A stretch of DNA of 37,945 bases from Octopus sinensis. Lineage: Eukaryota. The notes below the pieces were generated by a model, which had not been told where the DNA came from, ran no database searches, and was given only the letters and a program-made list of their open reading frames with translations. Below, one piece after another: positions 11,250 to 21,294 of this stretch. The stretch is taken from NCBI RefSeq assembly GCF_006345805.1, contig NW_021835898.1, positions 1-37,945 of the forward strand, in the 5' to 3' direction. The position numbers and the translations under genes are program-made. Every line of letters starts with the position of its first letter. Positions within the stretch are counted from its first letter, which is position 1.

Positions 11250-12225
11250 ATATACATAAGACTGTAAGGTTTTATTTGAAGGTGGTTTAGCTGCTATTTC
11301 TAGTAGGTCTAGCTACTGTGTAGACTCCTCACTTGCTTGCATATCCATGCATGGCTTCCTAAATGAGAGTGTAGGGCAGGATTTGAGTAACATTTAGCTG
11401 ATGTTTCTAGTAGTTCCAGCAAGCATTTAGAGGTCTCAGCTGTTGGCTTATACTTTCATATATGCATACAAAAGAGAGTGTTGTGTGGGGTTTGAGGGAG
11501 ATTTAGCAGCTATTTTCAAAAGGTCCAGCTGCTATGTCTGACATCTCCCTTAGTGGTACATACAAATTCACATATAGACACACACACACACACACATGTA
11601 TGGCCAGGTTCTTCCCTCAATCATTGGCATGTACATACATATGCACAGACATAAAGCAATAGAATTTAATCTGTCAGAAGAGTATCTGCTATTTCTAGCA
11701 GGTCTCGCTACCATATAGATACATCTCTCATGGGTTTAGACATATATTTATACATACATAAGGTAGCTGGGGTGATCCGAGGGAGATGTCTCTGCTATTT
11801 CTGCCAGGACTAGTTACAATGCAGAAGTCCCACTTGTTGGCTCATACCCATATACAATGATCAGAGTGTATGGTGTGATTTGAGTGAGGGGTAGCTGTTA
11901 TTTCTAACAAGTGTAGCTAGCATGTGGTGGGCCATCTTACTTAAGTATACAAAGATATATACATAAGACGGTAGTGTTTGATTTGAGTTATTTGGCTGTT
12001 GTTTCCAAAAGGTCTAGCAACCGTATACGGGACTCCATTATTGGCTCATATATACATACATAAGAGATTACAACTTGAGGGACGTCTAGCTACTATGTAG
12101 AGCATTCACTTGTTGGTTTATACATAAGTATATATTAATTATACATAAGGAGTAGTGTTTGATTTGAGGGTGATTTACTTGCTGTTTTGTGCAGGTCAAG
12201 TTACAATCATGAATTCCATCCGGGT
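11250..12225. repeat. Old, degenerate tandem array with ~100-108 bp period
   Basis: A GATTTGAG...GCTGCTATTTCTAGCAGGTCTAGC-type motif recurs near 11291, 11398, 11506, 11686, 11792, 11895, 11995, 12080 and 12180, with ATACATA-type spacers. Confidence 0.65.
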
Positions 12226-12363
12226 TGTCGTTTACTTCCAAGAATTGCGTTTTAAATCTAGGCCAAGGATAGAAGCTGTTTTTCTCAGAATTCTATTCAC
12301 TCATATTAGAGGAAATTATTCAGATTCAGAAGTAGGCCTTTATTTGGCAGCTTGTTGACATTT

Positions 12364-12492
12364 GTGGTGGTGGTGGTGGTGGTGGTGGTGGTGGTGGTGG
12401 TGGTGTGGTGGTGGTGGTGGTGGTGGTGGTGGTGGTGGTGGTGGTGGTGGTGGTGGTGTGGTGGTGGTGGTGGTGGTGGTGGTGGTGGTGGT
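12364..12492. repeat. (GGT)n trinucleotide microsatellite, about 130 bp with two 1-nt slips
   Basis: Directly visible. It accounts for the poly-V/W/G and poly-H/T/P ORFs in the track. Confidence 0.97.
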
Positions 12493-13334
12493 AAGGAAAA
12501 CAGCCATGCCAGCACCATGTGTGTGTGTGTGTGTGTGTGTGAAAGAGAAAAGGAGTGGCAGTGTCTAAACTTTCAGAATATTCCATCCCCATGGAGAGTG
12601 ATTTTAATTTAAATTTTTTCCTGTTTTTCTTTTACATTTTCAATATTGTTTCTTTGAATTTATTTTAAAGCAATAAATATGTTTCTTTTGAAAGTTGTTC
12701 TTCATTTCATCATTTTGAATAAGCAGCCAGAAATTTGATAACAGTTAAATTATAATCATTGTATGCACACCATACGAAACTGGTGCACAGGAATGCTGCA
12801 TTTCTTGACGTCATATTCTGAGACATGCATACATACAGGCGTACATATGACTGGGATGCCAACTTCTAAGCCAAAAAGCAGGTAATAAACAAACAGACAG
12901 ACAGACAGATATGTTTCTTAATTAGCCACACAGGGCTGAACACAGAGGAGACAAAATACAATGCAGAGCTTTTCTTGTTGGGGAAGAAGTGGGGGGGGGG
13001 GAGATAAGGTTCCGAACAATAGTGATCGTGTATCACAGAAATGTCATAAATGTAAAAAGGAAAACAGATTAATTTTATCTGTGGAAAGAAAAGCTTACAG
13101 AAAAGACCATGGTAACCTCTGGTAATAATGTCATGCAAAAACAAAAACGCATTACAGTAAGTGACTCTCTTTTACTCCTTTGTTTTTCTGGTTCGTAGGA
13201 TTATGCTCAACGTGGATCCGTCATTCACACGTGCCATCCTTGCTACATCCACCCATCTTTGTTTGAAGCATTCACTAGACAAAACTTCCCTCTCTACGCT
13301 CACCTTCCTCTTCAAGTATTTCATCTTGTCTTTA

Positions 13335-13480
13335 TGTTCTGAGTTCAAATTCTGCTAAGGTTGACTTTGCCATTCATCCTTTCAGGGTCAATAAATTAAG
13401 TACCTATTGCGTACTGGTGTCGATGTAATCAACTGGCTCCCTCCTCCAAAATTTCAGACCTTGTGCCTAGAATAGAAAAG
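13335..13480 (+). mobile_element. SINE body fragment with B-box-like motif
   Basis: GAGTTCAAATTC at 13341 resembles a Pol III B-box. The body matches 1856-1930. Family recognition is from memory of Octopus SINEs and is not database-verified. Confidence 0.6.
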
Positions 13481-13489
13481 TTTATTGAC

Positions 13490-13812
13490 GACAGACTCGG
13501 TTTATAATCCGACTTGTCCCACACGCGATAGCAGTCGTTCGGCATAGGCTCACAGGTCGGAAATGGTTGGACACTGTATGAGTGCGTGGAGAACGGTTTC
13601 GTCACTCTGTCCGCATCTCGGCCCCGTGTTTCTTGAGCCATGCCTGTAGAGCCTGTCTCAAATGGTAGTGCTTCTCTATAGCACTGCCAGGCCAGGTATC
13701 TCTGGAAGTTGAACATAGGTCCCGGCCCGAAAGTCATCTTGAACAGGCAGGTCTGGTATTCCTCGTCTACGCCCAGGTTTGCACCAGGATCATCGTCATA
13801 CCTCCTCTCCAT
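13490..13812 (-). mobile_element. Tx1/L1-clade LINE ORF2 C-terminal zinc-finger (zf-RVT-like) fragment, frameshifted
   Basis: The frame ...FQRYLAWQCYREALP shifts by one base into DRLYRHGSRNTGPRCGQSDETVLHALIQCPTISDL*AYAERLLSR (hand translation). This carries the CG..DET..H....C motif of L1/Tx1 ORF2. The segment is locally GC-rich. Confidence 0.8.
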
Positions 13813-14011
13813 TAATCCCCAACAGAATGCTTTGGTTGTAATGCAATGGTATGGTCATATGTGACATATGGATGAGGAGAGCTGTGAAATGAGTTTATTG
13901 GTTAATGATCTCGTTACTAATAATCAACTTAATTATTATATCGACCTGGTGGATGTATTTTCCAGAAACATTTCTCTCAGTGAAATGTTGTCTTCCACTT
14001 TATATCTATAG

Positions 14012-14272
14012 GACCTGACAGTTTCTGATAAAGCCAGACATATTCCTCTCCCTAAAAATTTGGAAGACAAAGAACCAATGGGGATTAATCGTTTGGTTCT
14101 TACTGAAAATAATCTGATTGCAGGATGTGACTGGGAGAATGGAAACATTAAGATATTCACATTGGATGGTCAACTTTTGGATTCTATCAAATTTAATATT
14201 TTTGCACTCATCAGAATGTGTCGATTTCGGAAATATAAAAAGTTTGTGTCCAGAGATGATGCAGAGACATAG
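14012..14272 (+). pseudogene. Candidate exon or pseudo-exon for an NHL-like beta-propeller blade
   Basis: An acceptor-like TTTATATCTATAG at 14011 is followed in frame by DLTVSDKARHIPLPKNLEDKEPMGINRLVLTENNLIAGCDWENGNIKIFTLDGQLLDSIKF. The pattern P.GI.......LI..D..N..IKIF..DG.LL resembles NHL repeats. Confidence 0.4.
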
Positions 14273-16016
14273 AAATAACATCTGAATACTAGCAGAGATA
14301 CCCGCTGTTGCCTGTGTTACATTCAATTGAAGAATTAGACTTCTCTGTTAGATTTTCTATAATGAACTGGAATATCTGTGTTTCGAATTTCATCAAAATT
14401 GCAGATGAGGGTTAGTTCCTTCTTTACACACAGTAAAAAGGAATTGTAATCGTGCCACATGTATCCCATACTACTTATTTATATGAGCAGATTTCAAAAT
14501 TCCAGTCTTATAGAACCCGTTAAAAGAATTTTGCTCCTGAGAAATGAAGGTTCATGGAGCTCTAAAATGTGAGAGTTAAGGTCCCTATTAGGGATGGGTG
14601 TCTTAATGTCAACCAGAGAAGTTGAATTGTTGAGAATCTTTTTAACTTGGTTCTTATATCTATTGTTTGAATTTCTTGAGATAGGAAATATATGTTCAGT
14701 GGGTTTGTAAAAGAGAGCAAAGCTACAGGAACCCAAAAGACGAATGATCACAATAAGCAGTCAGCTACCCTACCCTAGTCGTTACCACTCCCAAAGTAGG
14801 ATTCCTCACCATCCAGGTGACAGGCACAGCCGTAAGATGCATTACAAATCTATAGCAATTGGAAGGGCGTGACCCAACTGAAATAAACATTAACAACTGT
14901 GTGAGGTGAGGGCTAAGGAGAAATGAAAGTGTCACCTCTGGAGTTTGCAAATGACCACTATACTGATACATAACTGGACAGAATAAAATTACAATCTATA
15001 AATGTCTTTCAATAACCAGTCACTCACCTGGGAAGGCCTTGAAATCAATATTACAATCCTGGGACTATGTGTGACTCAGTGATGATAAAAAGACTGAAAG
15101 AAGGTCTCCAACCAAATAACTTTACTCAACACTTTGCAAAGTGAATCAGTGGAGGCAAAGATGTCTTTCATTTACTTGACAATTTATACACCACATTGCA
15201 GAAATCACAATCTAAGTGTATGTCAAAGCAAAGTGTTACACTGTTGTACCATTGAATTAGAAATACTGCTCGTCTTTTATGCTCGGGTGACCCTACAGCT
15301 TCCAAGAGTACAACTGCAGTCATCTTTGCGTAGATAAAACGACTGAATTGTGGGTGTTAAGTGCCCATGAAGAGGTCTTTCTAGCTTGTAAGAAGATGAA
15401 ATTTTATAAATATTACTTCATTTGTGTCTAATATCTACGGTTAAAATTTCATCAACAGCCAAAATATATGAATTGTCATGGGGGTTGTGGCCATTATGCA
15501 AAGAATATAATTTCCAAATTTTGTAAAAATCAATTCAGTACTTTTGACCTAGTTTTGGATCATAAAAGAAATTACTAAAATTTGGCAATTAAGGCCCCCA
15601 TTAGGGTGTCTTAGAATCCTCATGAGAAGTGGAAACTTTGAGAACACTTCTTGATGTGTGTCAATTACCCATGGTTGAAATTTCATCAACATCGCAAATT
15701 TATGAATTTTCATTGGGGTTCTTCCCCCTTTAAGCCATCTCAAATTCAAACCAAACATATTGCATTATACTCACCCTTATACATTGAATCTAAGTTTCAA
15801 ATATCATAAGGATCCATTCAGTAATTTTGGTCGATGAAATCGTATGAATCACGCAGCATTACCATTCTCCCTAGGCTTGGATTTTGTGTTCCAAATCTCA
15901 TTAGGATCGGTGCAGCAATTTTCGAATATATAAGTAACACACAGACACACATAAAGACATTGACTTTGATATAATACATATGAATATGCACATATACATA
16001 TATATATGTGTGTATA

Positions 16017-16063
<47 letters not shown>

Positions 16064-16066
<3 letters not shown>

Positions 16067-16132
16067 GGCGCGGGCATGGCTGTGTGGTAAGGGAGCTTGC
16101 TTCCTAGCTACATGGTTTCGGGTTCGGTCCGA
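16064..16132 (+). mobile_element. tRNA-derived SINE 5' head, truncated
   Basis: The sequence has an A-box-like TGGCTGTGTGG and a B-box-like GGGTTCGGTCC at tRNA spacing, directly after a (TA)n run. There is no complete cloverleaf. Confidence 0.6.
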
Positions 16133-16155
16133 AACAAGTAAAAGAGAGTAAAGAG

Positions 16156-16186
<31 letters not shown>

Positions 16187-16699
16187 GCATAAAAGTACAA
16201 AGTGAGATAGGGGTTATGAGTGTAACCCACTATGGGATATCAGTTATCCAATATACTGCTGGTGAAGTACCCAAATGCCAAATACATAAATGCTTATAAT
16301 TGCAATGCAATTAATTCATTTATTGCATTAGATGGGCGAAGGTAAAATATTTTACATCAAATTCATAATACAAATAAGAAAATGGAGGAACAGATTCCCT
16401 TCAATCATCGACTTACAGATATTACCAATTCATATTATTTATTAACTACTTCAATAGGAACATCCAAATCCAACAGAATAAAACAATTTACATCAATAAG
16501 GAAGATAATACTATAAAAATATTACACATAAAATGGATCTTACAGCTGTTTCAGCCTGTAGATAAAGGTATCTCATTGTGCCTATATTAGTCAGATGTAT
16601 TGAGATGCAGTTAAAAATAAGTTATATATCCCAAGGCCTTGTCAGAGATTATAAAGTACAATTATAAAAATATACAAATGCAAATATAAATATGAAACA

Positions 16700-16736
16700 A
16701 AATACACATACAATATATATGTATTATATATATGAT

Positions 16737-16769
<33 letters not shown>

Positions 16770-16870
16770 TATATATTATATATATATATATATTATATAT
16801 ATATTATATATATATATTTTATATATATATACATATATATGTATTATATATATATAAATATTATATATTG
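16700..16870. repeat. Irregular (TA)n tract
   Basis: Directly visible. Confidence 0.9.
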
Positions 16871-17039
16871 CTATAAATGGTTCAGTCTAAGGACAGTTGG
16901 CTGTGACCTACTTTTGGGATAAACCCATTGTCCTGTCAGATTCGGGTGGATTGATCGGTTCTGGGTAAATCTGCGACCCCTTTCGGGTGAATTAGAGGTC
17001 GTTCTAAACACCCCTTGAAGAGGAGGAGGAAGGAAGTGA

Positions 17040-17345
17040 GAAAGATGGAGTAAGGAATCTGAGAGCAGATAGAGAGGGTATTAGCAGTAAGAGAGGATGA
17101 GGGGCAGAGAGAAGAAAAGTAGTGAGAGAGATAGAGTATAAGGCTAAGGGACAGATTGAGGATAGAGATAGGTAGTTAAGGGCTCAGAGCAGATAGACAG
17201 GATATTAGCAGTGAGAGAGGATGAGGGGCAGAGGAGGAAAGGTAGAGTGTATAGCAGAGCTGTCATGAGAGAGTGACAGCAGCAGGCGATAAAGATAGGG
17301 ACATGGGACCAGGGCAGATAGAGAGGGTATAAGCAGTAGAGACAG
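17040..17345. repeat. Purine-strand tandem repeat, about 2.5 copies of a ~124-bp unit
   Basis: GCAGATAGA[G/C]AGG[G/A]TAT[T/A]AGCAGT starts at 17065, 17189 and 17314. Confidence 0.7.
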
Positions 17346-17970
17346 ATGGAGATTAGGGTAGTGGGAAGGAGAGAGCAAGTGAGGTTTTGGGGGAGTTGGT
17401 ATTCGGTCATCAAAGAAGACAGTCGGATTCTGGAAGTCAGAGCGAGTAGTTGGAACCTTAGGAGCAAGCGGTTGGATTCAGGAGCTTGGCAAGCTGGAGT
17501 TAGCAGTATTGAGAGAGAGATGAAGTGCAATATTGGACACTGGCGATTCAATTAGGAATTAAGGCATTTGATTATGTATTGATACGTGTCACGATGTAAA
17601 GAGACAGTGAAAAGAAGGACTCTGATGTAGTCGATAAAGAACATTGTGAATTGAGTAGAGGACTTGTCGATGTGTCGATTATTGAGTTGTGGTATTTATG
17701 TTCAGAATTGTGTTGATACATGTTACAAAAGAAAATAGAAATGAGATTGTAAAGACTTTAAAGAACTGTGACGTTATCTGTGATGTGATTTGAAATAGAA
17801 CTGTGTTTTCGGACGTGTACCTTTGAAATGCTAATGTATTGACCTTGTTGTGTCTCCGGACTGTTATATTGTTACTTGCATGTTTAAATGCTTTGATCTG
17901 TTGTATGATGTATTGATTTGTTGTTTCCTTAAATGCTTTGATGTTGTAACCATTGATTGTCATAAACTGT

Positions 17971-20095
17971 TGTTAGATGTAAGCCAGTTGTTGCCGTTTT
18001 GCCTTTTGGTGTCTCTCTCGGTTGCCTCTGTATCTCTGTGCTGCTGCGGCTGTTGTTGTTGTTGTATCTCTCCTCTCTCCTCTTTGGGTTCCGTGGCGAA
18101 CTTGCCCGTTCGGGCGAGCGGCGACGACGGGTGATTCCGTAACAATTGGTGTCAGAAGTGGGATTGTCCTGATTGCTGCACTTGATCGGCTTTTTTGCTA
18201 TGGATTTGTCTGGTTGTCGGACCGGAGACGAGGAGATTTCGCTTGCCCTGATCGTGGAGATGTTGAGGGGCCAGATGCGCAGACAGATGCATTCTTAGAA
18301 AGAATGGACAAGAGGCGACAGGGCCTGTGGGCAGATCAGCAGGAGCTTGAGGTTGCAGATGGGTCAGCTTTGGAGGATCGGTGTTGGACCGGGGATAGCG
18401 ACGGTCCTGTGGGCGGAGATTGCCCGTCAAATGAGGCATCAAGTGAAGGAAATGTTGCGGAACCTGGGTTGGTTGCCGAAATTTGTGACGCTGTACCCGA
18501 AGGAAGTGTTGTGGAACCTGGGCTGGTTGCCGAAATTTGTGACGCTGTACCCAAGAAATCTTGTGATTTGGAGCCCGTAGAGGTTGAGGAATCCGAAAGG
18601 CCTGTTGAAGGTGTTATGGCTGATGCTGTTGTTCCGTATCTGGGGCCCTTGGCATCTCGACCCCTGTCTCTCGGAGCTCGGGACGAAGAGCTGGCGAGGT
18701 CTGGGGCGGATGTCGCTGAATCTGAGGTTCCGGCTCTGTGTGTAATGGTCGCGGCAGGTGTTGTGCCGTGTGCGAGTCCTTTGGTGTCTGGGCCCCTGTC
18801 TCTCAGGGCCCACAAGGACTGTATGGTTCCCACTGTGGAGAGGCCACAGGCGTGGATGGACTGGCGGCCGAGCGTGCGTGTTGTGAGGCCTTTGGTGAGG
18901 AGGACCAAGCCCGTTGACGAGGCGAGACGGCTACGAGCGGTGGTGGGTCCGCCAAGACCAGGAAGACTGTGGTTGATGGCTGCTTGGGGCCGGTGGAGCC
19001 CGACAGGCAGTGCATAGTAAAAGCTCAATTGAGGGTTGGGTGGACCCTAGTAGAAACAGAAGCTGGCAGGGCGCTGGCTGGGTCGGCCGATCTTTTGGAA
19101 GTGGCACAGGCGATTTGTTGAAGGCAAATCGAGGAATCGTGCCAGATGGCAAACCAGTGGTGGGGCCAGTTCTGCCGATACGGCAACGCAGTTGAAGGAG
19201 ATGGTGCCCACTGATGCAGTTGAGGAGGCGGTCCGCAAGGAGTCGCTGGTGCTTGGTTGGCACTCGGGTGGGCTCTGTGTTAGATGGTTGCGTGGGGCTG
19301 GTGGAGCCCGACAGGCAGTGCAGAGTAAGAGCTCAATTGAGGGTCAGCTGGACCCTGGTGGAGGCAGAAGTTGACAGAGCGCTGGTTGGGTCGGCCGATT
19401 TATTGAAAGCTGCGCAGGCGATTTGCAGAGGGCAAATCGTGGAACTGCGCCGGAGGGTAAACCAGCGGCGGGGTCAGTTCTGCCGATACAGTGATGCAGC
19501 TGAAGGAGATGGTGGTCCACTGATGCAGTTGCAGAAGAAGCAACCGTTGGTGAGGAGCGCAGGACGTTGGTCGCGAAGGTTGTCGGATGTTGGTCGCACG
19601 AACATGACAGAGTGCTTCATCAACCAAGGCGGTCGTCGCTTGAGGAAGCAGCGAGGCCAGAGGAAAGTCCCAGTACGGCAGCGCAAGAGGAGATATCGGC
19701 GACGGGGAACAGTGGAAAAGCAGAATGGTGCCTGGTCGTCGGCGATAATTGCACGGAATGGGGATGGCACAGCGAGATGCTACGTGGGATATAGAGCCCT
19801 GAGGAAGGTGGCCACTGTGAAGGATTGGCCAGACCCTGCCTGTGTGAGGGATTTGAGGAACTTCCTCGGATGGTGTGCCTATTGTAGGCGGCTCGTAGGA
19901 AGCTTGGCGACCTTGGCGGAGGTGTTACCCAAACAGCAGAGGGAAGGTGCCAACCTGTGGCTGGTGCTGAAGTGGTGGCCGTGGGAGGTGAGACCCCCGG
20001 AGGAGAAACCACCCAAGGGGACCTCCAGTTCCTGGAACGTCTGCTGGAGCTCGCCCTCGGAGCTGCGGGTTTGTTATGCTTTTGTCGGGTCGACA
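17971..20095 (+). mobile_element. Internally deleted, decayed Ty3/Gypsy LTR retrotransposon (5' LTR end, PBS, gag-like region, RT remnants; no 3' LTR seen)
   Basis: ...GTAACA at 18144 is followed by a PBS. The GC-rich interior contains GAWSSAIIARNGDGTARCYVGYRALRKV (Gypsy RT start, expected SPWSSPIV.V.KKDG..RFCVDYR.LN.V) and VKDWPDPACVRDLRNFLGWCAYCRRLV (expected V..WP.P.....LRSFLG...YYRRF). The LTR start at 17971 (TGTTA...TAACA) is tentative. Confidence 0.82.
18147..18165 (+). promoter_or_regulatory. Retrotransposon primer-binding site complementary to the 3' end of tRNA-Leu
   Basis: TGGTGTCAGAAGTGGGATT lies 2 nt after the LTR-terminal CA. It is the reverse complement of AATCCCACTTCTGACACCA, the metazoan tRNA-Leu(CAA/CAG)-type acceptor end. 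Confidence 0.85.
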
Positions 20096-20158
20096 AAACT
20101 TAGGTATACACACACAGACAAAGATAAATTGATAGATACAACTGAGTGGGCAAGCAAA

Positions 20159-20918
20159 ATCATCATCATTATCATCATTTCATGTCCTCTTTCCATGCTA
20201 GCATGGGTTGGATGATTTGACTGAGGGCTGGTGAACCAGATGGCTGCACCAGGCTCCAATCTTCATCTGGCAGAGTTTCTACAGCTGGATGCCCTTCCTA
20301 ACGACAACCACTCCGAGTGTGTAGTGTGTGCTTTTACATGCCAATCGGCATGGGGGCCAGTCAGGCGGTACTGGTAACGACCTTGCACAAATCATTTTAC
20401 ACATGCCAATGGCACAGGTGCCAGTAAGGCGATGCTGTTGACGATCACGCTCGAATGGTGCCTTTTACATGCCACTGGCATGGAAGCCGGTTAGCTGCTC
20501 TGTCAACGATCACACTCGGATGGTGCTCTTTCCACCTCGGTAGCACGGATGCCTGACATCGAATTTGATTTTGATTTCACAAGCAGAGTTTAGTGACCAA
20601 AGAAGGAAAAGTTACGCATAAGTGGGCTGGTTACGCCCCTGGCATAGGCCACGAGGTTATGGTCTCATTTGGCTTGCCGGGTCTTAACAAGCACAGCATA
20701 TTTCCAAAAGTCTTGGTCACTAGTCATTGCCTCGGTGACGCCTAAAGTTTGAAGGTCGTCCTTCACCACTTTATCCCAGGTCATCTTGGGTCTACCTCTT
20801 CCACAGATTCACTCAACTGCTAGGGTGTGGCACTTTTTCACACAGCTATCCTCATCCATTCTCACCACATGACCATACCAGCGCAGACGTCTCTCTTGCA
20901 CACCACATCTGATGCTTC
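20159..20918 (-). mobile_element. 5'-truncated RTE-clade LINE, same family as 8664-9714
   Basis: It has the (CAT)n tail, the shared terminus and about 4 diverged UTR units (20325-20530). The ORF end is homologous to 9404-9650 (CATGACCATACCAGCGCAGACGTCTCTCTTGCACACCACA, encoding RRLRWYGHV on the minus strand). Confidence 0.88.
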
Positions 20919-21294
20919 TATATATATATATATATATATATATACACGTTTCAGGGGAACATGAATTACTATCATTGCTAGAAAGAGCTGCAGGTAAGCT
21001 TTCGTCGCTCTGCAGAGCTTCACTGAATGTTTACAGGTAGAAATGCGTGTGGATGGTGAATACAGAAAAATTTTACCTTATGGAGATCGTTAGAGGAATA
21101 AAGGATGACTCATTAGTGCAGCTTTAAACTCTAATTATTCACTTCAGTTATTATTTTGAGGATGTGGTTTTATTTCCCAGAAAATAATTACTACCTCATA
21201 TTATATTTTGTATTTATTTAGATATTTTTTTGCTCTTTTATTCTTTTAATTGACTCAGTCATCAGACTACGGCCGTGCTGGGGTAATGAGGTAT

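Noticed and set aside
12306-12612. Poly-His/Thr/Pro and poly-Val/Trp/Gly proteins
   Set aside because: They are translations of the (GGT)n microsatellite.
12790-12885. Small host exon ending at CAG|GTAATA
   Set aside because: Splice-like signals exist on both strands, but there is no recognisable peptide and no partner exons.
15440-15980. Non-autonomous element with an internal repeat (AAATTTCATCAACA at about 15445 and 15679)
   Set aside because: It is probably a repeat, but I could not define termini or a family from the sequence alone.
16064-16132. Functional tRNA gene
   Set aside because: It has A- and B-box-like motifs but no acceptor stem or full cloverleaf, so it fits a SINE head.
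16870-17963. Penelope-like element
   Set aside because: The partly open minus-strand frames and composition are suggestive, but I found no RT or GIY-YIG motif, so it is left unclassified.
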